A DNA stretch of 63,682 bases, counting the filler. It is 3 parts of 3 records of this genome, joined end to end, with 100 filler letters (N's around TTAATTAATTAA, not from the genome) between each part and the next. Parts side by side here need not be neighbours in the genome. Positions count along the whole stretch, not along the records: positions 31,164 to 55,626 come from SRR2962707_522; positions 55,727 to 63,682 come from SRR2962707_533; 1 more part is not named here. The stretch is one strand, 5' to 3'. A program made the position numbers and the translations under genes. Of the stretch, positions 47,844 to 57,273 are shown one piece after another (the first letter of the stretch is position 1; every line of letters starts with the position of its first letter). Below the pieces are notes generated by a model. It was not told the origin of the DNA, searched no databases, and was given only the letters and a program-made list of their open reading frames with translations.

Positions 47844-49487
47844 ATGCCGTTAGAGATGACAAAAGACTGGTGGAAATCGGCGATCGGTTACCAAATCTAC
47901 CCACGCAGTTTTGCTGACAGCAATGGTGATGGCATTGGTGACATTCCCGGTATCATCTCAAAGCTCGACTACCTTGAGGCGTTGGGCATCGGATTTATCT
48001 GGCTTTCCCCCGTCTATAAGTCCCCCATGCAGGACAACGGTTACGACATTTCGGACTATTACGACATTGCGCCAGAGTTTGGCACACTCGCCGAAATGGA
48101 CAACCTGATCGAAAAAGCCGCCCAGCGCGGAATCGGCATCGTCATGGATCTAGTTGTAAACCACAGCTCAGATGAACATGCGTGGTTTCAAAACGCACTG
48201 ACTTCGCGCGATGCGGAATTTCGGGATTATTACGTTTGGCGAGATCCCGGCCCCGACGGTGGTCCACCCAACGATGTTCGGTCCTTCTTTGGTGGCCCCG
48301 CCTGGCACCTGGATTCCGAAAGTGGCCAGTATTACTTGCACCTGTTCGACCAAAAACAACCCGATCTGAATTGGCAAAACCCAAAGCTGCGCCAAGACGT
48401 CTACAAAATGATGAACTGGTGGTTTAACCGGGGGATCGCAGGCTTTCGAATGGACGTCATCGACTTGATCGGAAAAGATCCTGACAACGGCATTTTCGCC
48501 GACGGGCCAGACCTGCATAAGTTCTTGCAGGAAATGCACGACGCGACATTGCGAGGCCGTCAGGTTGTCACCGTCGGCGAAGCTTGGTCTGCCTCTCTGG
48601 AAAACGCCAAACTATACACTGGCGTGGATCGTGATGAGCTGTCGATGGTCTTCCAATTCTCCCACATCAGCCAAGACTGGGACAAAGAGTTTGGTAAGTT
48701 CCGCGCCAAAGACGTCGATTTTCTGGCTTTGAAACAAACGTTTAACAAATGGCAGGCCGCCTTGGCCGACGACGGATGGAACTCATTGTTCTGGAGCAAT
48801 CATGACCTACCCCGTGCCGTGTCAAAATACGGGAATGATAAGGAATACCGCGTTGAAAGCGCGAAAGCCCTGGGCCTCATCCTGCATTTGATGAAGGGAA
48901 CGCCCTATATTTATCAGGGTGAAGAGATTGGTATGACGAATTCTCACTTCGATAAGATCGAGGATTTCAACGATGTCGAAATCTTTGGGCATTGGACCGA
49001 TCTTAGCGAAAAAGGTTTGACCGAAGCCGAGTTTCTTGAAGGCGCGAACCAGAACGGGCGGGATCATGCCCGTACGCCGATGCATTGGACCGATGGGCCA
49101 CAGGCAGGCTTTACCGAAGGAACGCCCTGGTTGCCGGTTCACCCAAATCATGCAACGATCAATGCAGACGCGGCAATCGCAGACCCCAACTCAGTTCTAG
49201 CATTTTACCGCAAATTGACGCGTCTGCGCGCAGCAGCGCCGGTACTGATTGAAGGGGCCTTCACCCCGTTGCTCGAAGAACACCCGCAAATCTGGGCCTA
49301 TGTCCGAGGGGCGCAGGACGACGCCGTTCTTGTGATTGCAAATATGTCGGAAACCACGGTAACAATTGAAGTGCCCGATGCATTCGTAGGATCAGTCTCC
49401 ACACTGCTTTCGACACATGATCCGAGATCTGCTCTTGCTGAAACCCTGTCGCTGGCACCCTACGAAGCCTTTGCGGTAAAACAATAA
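47844..49487 (+). CDS. GH13 alpha-glucosidase / oligo-1,6-glucosidase
   Basis: YQIYPRSF, DLVVNH, QPDLN, GFRMDV, VGEA, NHD, GRDHARTPM. Confidence 0.94.
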   Translation: MPLEMTKDWWKSAIGYQIYPRSFADSNGDGIGDIPGIISKLDYLEALGIGFIWLSPVYKSPMQDNGYDISDYYDIAPEFGTLAEMDNLIEKAAQRGIGIVMDLVVNHSSDEHAWFQNALTSRDAEFRDYYVWRDPGPDGGPPNDVRSFFGGPAWHLDSESGQYYLHLFDQKQPDLNWQNPKLRQDVYKMMNWWFNRGIAGFRMDVIDLIGKDPDNGIFADGPDLHKFLQEMHDATLRGRQVVTVGEAWSASLENAKLYTGVDRDELSMVFQFSHISQDWDKEFGKFRAKDVDFLALKQTFNKWQAALADDGWNSLFWSNHDLPRAVSKYGNDKEYRVESAKALGLILHLMKGTPYIYQGEEIGMTNSHFDKIEDFNDVEIFGHWTDLSEKGLTEAEFLEGANQNGRDHARTPMHWTDGPQAGFTEGTPWLPVHPNHATINADAAIADPNSVLAFYRKLTRLRAAAPVLIEGAFTPLLEEHPQIWAYVRGAQDDAVLVIANMSETTVTIEVPDAFVGSVSTLLSTHDPRSALAETLSLAPYEAFAVKQ

Positions 49488-49558
49488 ATGACAACCAAGA
49501 TGGGTGACATTTCACTTATCTTGGCGTCCCATCACCAATGCTGCTCAAAGGGCTCGAG

Positions 49559-50818
49559 ATGACAGACCTGAACGATATGCGCGAAATTGCACGGCAAATG
49601 TTTGACGCGGCCGTTGATGCAGCAGACCCCGGAAAGGCCCTTGACCGGGCCGTTAACGACGCGCCGTTTCCGGTTTCAACAGGCCGAACTTTGCTGATCG
49701 CAATCGGAAAGGCGGCCCCGTCGATGATGGCGGCCGCGCTAAAACATGTCTCAGGCCCGCATGAAGCTTTGGTGGTGACACACCATGAAAACGCGATGGA
49801 CGTTCCGGGCGCAACTGTATTGCGGGCTGGCCACCCAGTCCCGGACTCTGCCGGTGAAATCGCCGGACAGGCCATTATGCGTCTTCTTGCCAGCACAACA
49901 TCACAGGATCAGGTTATCGCACTGATTTCAGGTGGTGGCTCAGCATTGGTGCCCGCCCCCGTCGCTGGATTGACGCTGGATGACAAGATCGCCGTGAACA
50001 AGCTGTTGCTGGGCGGCGGCCTCGACATTGTGAAAATGAATCTTGTCCGTCAGCAACTGTCTCAACTCAAAGGCGGTGGTTTTCTGAACCTTGCGGCACC
50101 TGCGCCGGTCACCGCCTATATTCTCTCGGATGTGATTGGCGATGATCTGCGTGCGATTGCCAGTGGACCAACCGTTGGTCCCATTGGCACGGCGCAAGAA
50201 GCGCTTGCCATTTTGGACGAGGCCAACCTGTTGGATAAACTACCATCAGCTGTTCGAACACATTTGGAAAGTGAGTCAACGCCGACCAAGACACCCGATG
50301 CCACCAACATTATCGTCGGGTCAAATTCCAAGTCCCTGGCGGCGATGATCCCCGTTGCACCAGAGTGGAGCCCGGAAATCGTGTCGGATGCCTTGGTCGG
50401 AGATGTCGATGAAGCCGCGCGGATCGTCTTGGAAAGCCTAAAGCCGTCAGACGGCCCCAAAGCGTGGCTGTTTGGGGGGGAAACCACGGTTGTTCTAAAA
50501 GGCTCAGGGCGTGGCGGCCGCAATCAAGAGCTGGCATTGCGCCTTGCCCGAATGGCCCCTGCCCTGCCTTTTGACTGGTGCTTTCTGTCAGGCGGCACCG
50601 ACGGGCGCGATGGACCAACAGACGCCGCCGGCGCAATCGTTGATGCTGGAACTGTCGAACGTATTGCGGAAAAAGGCCTAAAACTGGACGCTTTGCTGGA
50701 CAACAATGACAGTTACAAAGCTCTGGAGGCTGCGGCAGATCTTTTGATGACCGAAGCGACCGGGACAAATGTCGCCGACGTCCAAGTCCTTTTGACACGG
50801 CCGCGCAACGGCTCTTGA
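49559..50818 (+). CDS. Glycerate kinase (DUF4147/MOFRL, TtuD type)
   Basis: GKAA, AGHPVPD, ISGGGSAL, IASGP, GGRNQE, GTDGRDG, TGTNVAD. Confidence 0.92.
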   Translation: MTDLNDMREIARQMFDAAVDAADPGKALDRAVNDAPFPVSTGRTLLIAIGKAAPSMMAAALKHVSGPHEALVVTHHENAMDVPGATVLRAGHPVPDSAGEIAGQAIMRLLASTTSQDQVIALISGGGSALVPAPVAGLTLDDKIAVNKLLLGGGLDIVKMNLVRQQLSQLKGGGFLNLAAPAPVTAYILSDVIGDDLRAIASGPTVGPIGTAQEALAILDEANLLDKLPSAVRTHLESESTPTKTPDATNIIVGSNSKSLAAMIPVAPEWSPEIVSDALVGDVDEAARIVLESLKPSDGPKAWLFGGETTVVLKGSGRGGRNQELALRLARMAPALPFDWCFLSGGTDGRDGPTDAAGAIVDAGTVERIAEKGLKLDALLDNNDSYKALEAAADLLMTEATGTNVADVQVLLTRPRNGS

Positions 50819-50866
50819 ACTTCCTGCACAAGTGGCAGAGCGTGCGCAAAAAGGCAGGAGGCCCAG

Positions 50867-51853
50867 ATGCGCATTGTCATAAACGGATTCGGTCGGATTG
50901 GACGTACGGTACTGCGTCAATTGATGACAACAAGAAAAGACAGCGGCCTCACCGTCGTCGGGATCAATGATATCGCGCCATTGGAGGCCTTGGCCTATCT
51001 GACACGATATGACAGTGTCTTTGGCCCCTTTCCCGGCAGTGTCGAAGAAACCTCGGATGGATTGATCATCGATGGACAGGCCATCAGCGTCACACATGAG
51101 CCTGATCAATCGGTTCTGGACCTGAGTGATGTAGATCTTGTGCTGGAATGCACCGGAAAGCTAAACACGCGCGAAGAGGCGTCGCGCAGCTTGAGCGCTG
51201 GTGCTAAAGCGGTTTTGTTGTCTGGGCCTTGCGACGGTGCGGAAATCACAGTTGTTTTAGGAGCAAACGACCAAGAATTGACCGATCAGAGGATTGTGTC
51301 GAACGCGTCTTGTACGACGAACGCCATAGCCCCCTTGTTAAGCGTGATCGAAGACGGTTTCGGCGTTGTCAGCGGACATATGACCACAGTTCACTGTTAT
51401 ACAAATAGCCAACCCATGGTCGACGGTCCTCGCGGAGCGCTGGCTCGGTCGCGCGCCGGGGCCGTGTCCATGGTACCGACAACAACCAGCGCCACTAAAC
51501 TGCTCGGGCAGGTTTTACCTCAGCTCGAGGGCAAACTAAGCGGCGCGGCAATTCGGGTACCAACCCCCAGCGTTTCAGCGATTGACGTTGTTTTAACGCT
51601 TCGCGACAAACCGACAGAACCGTTTGACAGTTGGTTGCAGAAAAGTGCCGAGGCAAAATCGGTTTTGGGATGGACACGTGACCCGGTTGTGTCAGCAGAT
51701 ATGCGCATGCGCCCCGAGTCTTTGGTGATCGCCCTCCCTGAAACCCAACAGATTGGCGACCATCAGGTCCGGGTGTTCGGCTGGTATGACAATGAATGGG
51801 GGTTTTCTTCCCGCATGATCGATATGGCTTTGAAAATGTTAAATAGGCCATAA
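50867..51853 (+). CDS. gap: Glyceraldehyde-3-phosphate dehydrogenase family protein (divergent paralog)
   Basis: INGFGRIGR, SNASCTTNA, AIRVPT, WYDNEWGFS. Confidence 0.85.
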   Translation: MRIVINGFGRIGRTVLRQLMTTRKDSGLTVVGINDIAPLEALAYLTRYDSVFGPFPGSVEETSDGLIIDGQAISVTHEPDQSVLDLSDVDLVLECTGKLNTREEASRSLSAGAKAVLLSGPCDGAEITVVLGANDQELTDQRIVSNASCTTNAIAPLLSVIEDGFGVVSGHMTTVHCYTNSQPMVDGPRGALARSRAGAVSMVPTTTSATKLLGQVLPQLEGKLSGAAIRVPTPSVSAIDVVLTLRDKPTEPFDSWLQKSAEAKSVLGWTRDPVVSADMRMRPESLVIALPETQQIGDHQVRVFGWYDNEWGFSSRMIDMALKMLNRP

Positions 51854-52264
51854 ACCGAATCGAATTTCGATAAGAATTATAGCGCTATCTGTTTTGTTTG
51901 CGCTAAATGAGCTCAGAAATACGGCAAGTCCATGTGTCGGCCTTAGTGTTGCCAAAACATTCTACAATCTGCCTAGCATAACCCCTATTCAGGCCAAATT
52001 TTGAGCACATGTTAAAGGCAACCTGACCTTAACTGTATCACCCTATAGGTTTTCACGCCTCAGCCAAAAAATCGGCGGTGTGATTGCCGCTGTAAGAACT
52101 CCGTGACCTGTCTCTTTCAGGCTCATTGGGGCGATCGGTCCGGTTAAGCGCGCACCCACGTGGCTTGGCCGGGCCGAACGTTTTCCGTTTGCGCTAACAG
52201 GGTTTCGATGCCGTTTGGACTGAGCTAAACGTTGCTCAAGTAATTCAATTTAAGGACCTGCCAC

Positions 52265-53230
52265 ATGAGCGCCCCCTCGATTTTTGATGACCGTATGCTT
52301 TCACTTGGTTTGGCACGTGTTGCCGAACAGGCAGCCATTGCCTCCGCAAAGCTGATCGGTCGCGGCGACGAAAAAGCGGCTGACCAAGCTGCGGTTAACG
52401 CGATGCGCGAACAGCTGAATCTATTGGACATCGCAGGCGTTGTCGTTATCGGCGAAGGCGAACGTGACGAAGCACCGATGCTGTTCATCGGCGAAGAAGT
52501 TGGCACAGGCAATGGCCCCGGTGTGGATATCGCACTGGACCCGCTGGAAGGCACGACGTTGACCGCCAAAGATATGCCTAACGCCCTGACAGTCATTGCT
52601 ATGGGCCCCCGTGGATCCATGCTGCACGCCCCTGATGTTTACATGGATAAGCTGGCCGTCGGTCCAGGCTACGAAGAAAACGTCGTAACTCTGGAAATGT
52701 CGCCAAGCGAACGTGTTAACGCGCTGGCAGTCGCCAAAGGTTGCAAACCTGAGGACATCACCGTCTGTATTCTGGAGCGCCCGCGCCACGAAGAAATGAT
52801 CGAAGAAGTGCGCTCCACAGGTGCTGCGATCCGTCTTATCACGGACGGCGACGTGGCCGGCGTGATGCATTGCGCCGAGCCTGAGTTGACGGGCATTGAT
52901 ATGTATATGGGCTCTGGTGGTGCACCAGAGGGCGTTTTAGCCGCATCCGCATTGAAATGCATGGGGGGCCAAATTCAGGGCCGCCTGATGTTCCGCAATG
53001 ATGACGAACGTGGCCGGGCCGCAAAAGCTGGCATCACGGATCTGGACAAGATCTATAGCCGCGATGAGATGGTCACAGAAGACGTTATCTTTGCCGCGAC
53101 TGGTGTTACGGGTGGGACATTGCTTCCGGGGATCAAACGGGAAGTCGGCTATTTGACGACAGAAACCATTTTGATGCGCTCCAAAACCGGATCGGTTCGG
53201 CGTATGGTCTATCGCAACCCGACCGAATAA
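52265..53230 (+). CDS. glpX: Class II fructose-1,6-bisphosphatase
   Basis: GEGERDEAPML, DPLEGT, APDVYMDKL, DGDV, GGAPEGV, FAATGVT. Confidence 0.97.
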   Translation: MSAPSIFDDRMLSLGLARVAEQAAIASAKLIGRGDEKAADQAAVNAMREQLNLLDIAGVVVIGEGERDEAPMLFIGEEVGTGNGPGVDIALDPLEGTTLTAKDMPNALTVIAMGPRGSMLHAPDVYMDKLAVGPGYEENVVTLEMSPSERVNALAVAKGCKPEDITVCILERPRHEEMIEEVRSTGAAIRLITDGDVAGVMHCAEPELTGIDMYMGSGGAPEGVLAASALKCMGGQIQGRLMFRNDDERGRAAKAGITDLDKIYSRDEMVTEDVIFAATGVTGGTLLPGIKREVGYLTTETILMRSKTGSVRRMVYRNPTE

Positions 53231-53241
53231 GGTACCTGATG

Positions 53242-53270
53242 TCGCGGCGGCCTTTGTCGCCGCGATTTTT
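53242..53270 (+). terminator. Rho-independent terminator after glpX
   Basis: TCGCGGCGGC-CTTT-GTCGCCGCGA followed by TTTTT. Confidence 0.75.
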
Positions 53271-53302
53271 GCGTATTTAAAAAGAGAAGATGCGGGGGCG
53301 TT

Positions 53303-55051
53303 TTGCCGGGATATCTGGGGATTGAACGGTCGCTGACCGGGCGGCATTGGCTTGGCCCAACGCCGGAGGTTGAAAGACAAACCGACGCTTTGGTGCAGCA
53401 GACTTCCTTGTTGCGCCCATTGTGTCAGACATTGGCGCGTTTGGGCGTGTCCGGGCAGGACGCCCAAAGCTATCTTGCACCGACATTACGTGACCTTTTG
53501 CCGGACCCGCGGTCCATGCGCGACGTCGAAGTCGCGGCGACCCGTTTGTTAAAGGCGGTCATGGCACAGGAAAGAATTGCAATTTTTGCCGATTATGATG
53601 TCGACGGGGGCACATCTGCCGCGTTGCTGCTGGATTGGCTTAGACAATTGGGCCGCGATGCGACGCTTTATGTGCCAGACCGGATCGACGAGGGCTATGG
53701 CCCGAATGTCGAAGCGATGTCGGACCTGGCTGCCCGTCATGACCTGATTGTTTGCGTGGATTGTGGGACATTGAGCCATGATCCGATCGCAGCGGCCAAG
53801 GCGGCCGATGTCATTGTCTTGGATCACCATTTGGGCGGGGAAACCTTGCCCGACGCTCTCGCCGTCGTTAACCCCAATCGTCAGGACGAAGATGGGGCTT
53901 TGGCCCATCTGTGCGCCGCCGCCGTCGTATTTTTGGTTTTGGTGGAATGTGGGCGCCAGATGCGTGTCGAGGGCCACAAAGGCCCGGATTTGATGAGCAT
54001 GCTGGATCTGGTCGCCCTGGCCACAGTAGCAGATGTTGCGCCGCTAAAAGGGGTGAACCGCGCGCTGGTGCGACAAGGCCTGAAGGTCATGGCACAGCGG
54101 GCCCGGCCCGGTCTGGTCGCCTTGTCGGATGTTGGGCGTTTGGACACGGCCCCCAACGCTTATCACCTTGGATTTGTGCTGGGCCCCCGCGTCAACGCAG
54201 GTGGGCGGATCGGAAAGGCTGATCTGGGGGCGCGACTATTGGCCTCAACCTCACCGCATGAAGCAAAGGCCATGGCTGAAAGGCTGGATGCGCTCAACAC
54301 GGAGCGGCGCGATATTGAAGCCTCAGTGCGTGCGGCGGCCCTTGAACAGGCGGAAACCCGGGGATTGGACGCGCCGTTGATCTGGGCGGCAGGCGAAGGC
54401 TGGCACCCCGGAGTCGTGGGAATTGTCGCCTCTCGACTGAAGGAACTGACCAACCGGCCTGCGGTTGTGATTGGGTTCGACGGGGATGAGGGCAAAGGCT
54501 CTGGCCGCTCCGTTTCCGGTGTCGACCTTGGCGCGTCAATCCAGCGTCTGGCGGCAGAAGATCTTTTGATCAAAGGCGGTGGCCATAAAATGGCGGCGGG
54601 CCTCACTGTTTCCCGAGACAAACTGGAGGCCGCATTAGAACGGCTGTCCGAGTTGCTTGAAAAACAGGGCGCTGGTCAAGGCGGCGCGGCAGATTTGCGG
54701 CTAGACGGTGTGATGATGCCGGGAGCAGCAACACCGGAACTGATTGAACAGCTGGAGGCCGCAGGGCCGTTTGGCTCTGCGGCGCCTGCCCCGCGTTTCG
54801 TCTTTCCCGACGTTCAGATTAGCTTTTGCCGTCGTGTCGGAGAAAGCCACCTTAAAATCAACTTCGGCGATGGTATGGGCGCCAAGATTGATGCGATTTG
54901 CTTTGGCGCATTTGATGGGCCTATTGGGCCGGCGATCGAAGGCCATGGCGGCAAGCGTTTTCACTTGGCCGGTCGGCTGGAAATCAATGAATGGGGGGGA
55001 CGCCGCAGTGTTCAACTACGGCTGGAAGATGCGGCCTTAGCAGACGCCTAA
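53303..55051 (+). CDS. recJ: ssDNA-specific exonuclease RecJ
   Basis: DYDVDG, VDCG, DHH, GPRVNAGGR, GSGRS, GGHKMAAG. Confidence 0.96.
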   Translation: MPGYLGIERSLTGRHWLGPTPEVERQTDALVQQTSLLRPLCQTLARLGVSGQDAQSYLAPTLRDLLPDPRSMRDVEVAATRLLKAVMAQERIAIFADYDVDGGTSAALLLDWLRQLGRDATLYVPDRIDEGYGPNVEAMSDLAARHDLIVCVDCGTLSHDPIAAAKAADVIVLDHHLGGETLPDALAVVNPNRQDEDGALAHLCAAAVVFLVLVECGRQMRVEGHKGPDLMSMLDLVALATVADVAPLKGVNRALVRQGLKVMAQRARPGLVALSDVGRLDTAPNAYHLGFVLGPRVNAGGRIGKADLGARLLASTSPHEAKAMAERLDALNTERRDIEASVRAAALEQAETRGLDAPLIWAAGEGWHPGVVGIVASRLKELTNRPAVVIGFDGDEGKGSGRSVSGVDLGASIQRLAAEDLLIKGGGHKMAAGLTVSRDKLEAALERLSELLEKQGAGQGGAADLRLDGVMMPGAATPELIEQLEAAGPFGSAAPAPRFVFPDVQISFCRRVGESHLKINFGDGMGAKIDAICFGAFDGPIGPAIEGHGGKRFHLAGRLEINEWGGRRSVQLRLEDAALADA

Positions 55052-55287
55052 AATGCCTTGAACGTCAAGGTCGTGAGCGTGCGTTCAATTCCGACAATAT
55101 CCAAGAGCCGCTCGCTGATATACTTACCAATATCCTGATCAGACGGGATATAGATCTTCATCAACAGATCATATTCGCCGCTTGTCGAATGAAGTTCAGA
55201 ATGGAGCTCTCTCAAAGCAATTTCTTCGGCAACACGGTAAGTGGTGCCGGGTTTACAGCGAATTTGGATGAAGACACATGTGCTCAT
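55048..55287 (-). CDS. Stand-alone Lrp/AsnC ligand-binding domain protein
   Basis: MSTCVFIQIRC..STSGEYDLLMK..GIERTLT, 79 aa without HTH. Confidence 0.82.
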   Translation of the reverse strand: MSTCVFIQIRCKPGTTYRVAEEIALRELHSELHSTSGEYDLLMKIYIPSDQDIGKYISERLLDIVGIERTLTTLTFKAF

Positions 55288-55410
55288 AAATTTCGGTCCT
55301 TTTTTGGGAAAGCTGACACAAGCGCCACGCCCTGACAAGCGCGAACCCACAAGCCCTTGGCGAAACCGCCTGTCCTCCCTATAAGGCCTTGACCTGCAAG
55401 GAGAGACGCC

Positions 55411-55626
55411 ATGCGCCGCGCAACAGTAACCCGCACCACCGCTGAAACTGAAATAAATGTCGAAATCAATATCGACGGCAGTGGGCGATATGACAATCAA
55501 AGTGGCGTCGGTTTCTTTGACCACATGCTCGATCAATTGTCGCGCCACTCGCTGATTGATTTCACAATCCGTGCCAAGGGTGATTACCACATCGATGATC
55601 ACCACACCGTCGAAGACACCGGCATT
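55411..55626 (+). CDS. hisB: Imidazoleglycerol-phosphate dehydratase, 5' part (cut by the contig edge)
   Basis: [30 protein letters not shown]. Confidence 0.96.
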
Positions 55627-55726
55627 NNNNNNNNNNNNNNNNNNNNNNNNNNNNNNNNNNNNNNNNNNNNTTAATTAATTAANNNNNNNNNNNNNNNNNN
55701 NNNNNNNNNNNNNNNNNNNNNNNNNN
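55627..55726. other. Artificial contig linker (N44-TTAATTAATTAA-N44)
   Basis: Same spacer as at 31064; sharp switch to AT-rich sequence. Confidence 0.98.
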
Positions 55727-55752
55727 GTAGGCTTGCCTCGAGGTAGTTGATT
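55727..55752. repeat. Partial REP-like intergenic repeat, with a degenerate direct copy at 56244-56266
   Basis: GGCTTGCCTCGAGGTAGTTGATT versus TGTTTGTCTCTAGGTAGTTGCTT. Confidence 0.5.
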
Positions 55753-55768
55753 AGAAAATTTTAGTTTC

Positions 55769-56221
55769 TTATTCAAATGTTTTTTCCATTACAGGTAGTA
55801 ATCTTCCTATAATATTACTCTTTTTATAATCGGTTACTTTAAAACCAAATTTGGCGTAAAATGTTTCAGCATTTGGGTCGGCAATTAAAAATACTTTGTG
55901 ATATTTTAATTCTTTTACTTTTGCTAAAAAATGATTCATTAATACTGCACCATAACCACTTCCAATATGTTTTTGAGAAACAAAAAAGAAATCTAATTCA
56001 ATAGTATCTTTACTTCGTATAATAAAAGCAAAAAAACCAACAAGCTTATCAGAATCTATAAGTTTGTATACATAATTCTTTTGTAGATACTCCGAAGTGA
56101 TAGTAAGCTCTGGAATCCATTTTTTTATTTCAACTTCAGAATAGCCCCAATGAGATTTGGAAGCAATAGTTATTTCTGTGAGTAACTTATTGTCGTTAAT
56201 AGCAGCTTTAACTAAATTCAT
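55769..56221 (-). CDS. GNAT family N-acetyltransferase
   Basis: SKSHWGY, FFVSQKHIGSGYG, ADPNAETFYAKFGF. Confidence 0.9.
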   Translation of the reverse strand: MNLVKAAINDNKLLTEITIASKSHWGYSEVEIKKWIPELTITSEYLQKNYVYKLIDSDKLVGFFAFIIRSKDTIELDFFFVSQKHIGSGYGAVLMNHFLAKVKELKYHKVFLIADPNAETFYAKFGFKVTDYKKSNIIGRLLPVMEKTFE

Positions 56222-56283
56222 TATTTAGATTTGAATATACCTATGTTTGTCTCTAGGTAGTTGCTTTTTCTTTTACTTACAAT

Positions 56284-57273
56284 TTAATAGCAGTAACTCA
56301 AGCCAATTTCTTCTTTTACTTTATCCATAATTTCCATGAGTTGATGACTAAACTTATGAGTCATAATAGGACTTTCTGTTTTTCCACTGCGTAAAAGTTC
56401 GTTAAAATGAGCTATTTCGAAATTATATCCTAATGTATTTACATCGTAATGTTTGGTTGTCTGTTTTCCATCTGCATCAGTAAAAGTTACAGAAGTAGGT
56501 CTGTGAAATTGCGTATGTAATTTTATAGTTCCTTTTTCACATTTTATGGTAGCTTCTGTGGGAGTTTCTTCTTTTAATGTTGAAGAAAGCCTTGCAACAG
56601 CTCCATTTTTATAAGAAAAAATCATGTTGCAAGAAGAATCTGCTCCTGTTTCAAAAAAGGTACCATTTGCTTGGATGTCATCTGGCTTGCCTAGAATAGA
56701 CATTGCGCAAAAAATAGGATAGATTCCAATATCTAATAAACTTCCGCCACCTAATTGTTTGTCGAATAATCGAGTAGAGGCATCAAATTCACGATAAAAC
56801 CCAAAATCAGCATCAATAGATACTACTTTTCCATAATTCCCTTCCTCTAAAAAATTAAGAACATCTTGGTAATGAGGTAAAAAAGCAGTCCATAACGCTT
56901 CCATTAACAAAACACCTTCTTGCTTTGCCGTTTGCAGCATCACATCTACATCGGCACTATTTAAAGCCAAGGGCTTTTCACAGAGTACCGCTTTTTTATT
57001 CAGTAAACAATCAATGGAATATGCTTTATGAAAAGTATGAGGTGTGGCAATGTAAATGGCATCAACGTTAGGATCTGTAATTAAATCCATATAATTTCCA
57101 TAAGCTACTTTAGCGCCATAGGTTTCTTTAAACTCTTCAGCCTTTTCTAGTGTTCTAGATGCAACAGCATATAATTCTGTATCCTTAACCGTTAGTAAGT
57201 CTTGAGCAAATTTAGTAGCAATACGACCTGGGGCTAGAATTCCCCATTTTATTTTTTTATTTCTTGATAGCAT
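56284..57273 (-). CDS. Gfo/Idh/MocA oxidoreductase
   Basis: WGILAPGRIA, YIATPH, LCEKP, MEALWT, GGGSLLDIGIY. Confidence 0.92.
   Translation of the reverse strand: MLSRNKKIKWGILAPGRIATKFAQDLLTVKDTELYAVASRTLEKAEEFKETYGAKVAYGNYMDLITDPNVDAIYIATPHTFHKAYSIDCLLNKKAVLCEKPLALNSADVDVMLQTAKQEGVLLMEALWTAFLPHYQDVLNFLEEGNYGKVVSIDADFGFYREFDASTRLFDKQLGGGSLLDIGIYPIFCAMSILGKPDDIQANGTFFETGADSSCNMIFSYKNGAVARLSSTLKEETPTEATIKCEKGTIKLHTQFHRPTSVTFTDADGKQTTKHYDVNTLGYNFEIAHFNELLRSGKTESPIMTHKFSHQLMEIMDKVKEEIGLSYCY

Noticed and set aside
55288-55605. Long N-terminal extension of the Lrp-domain ORF
   Set aside because: Antisense to hisB; the real start is at 55287
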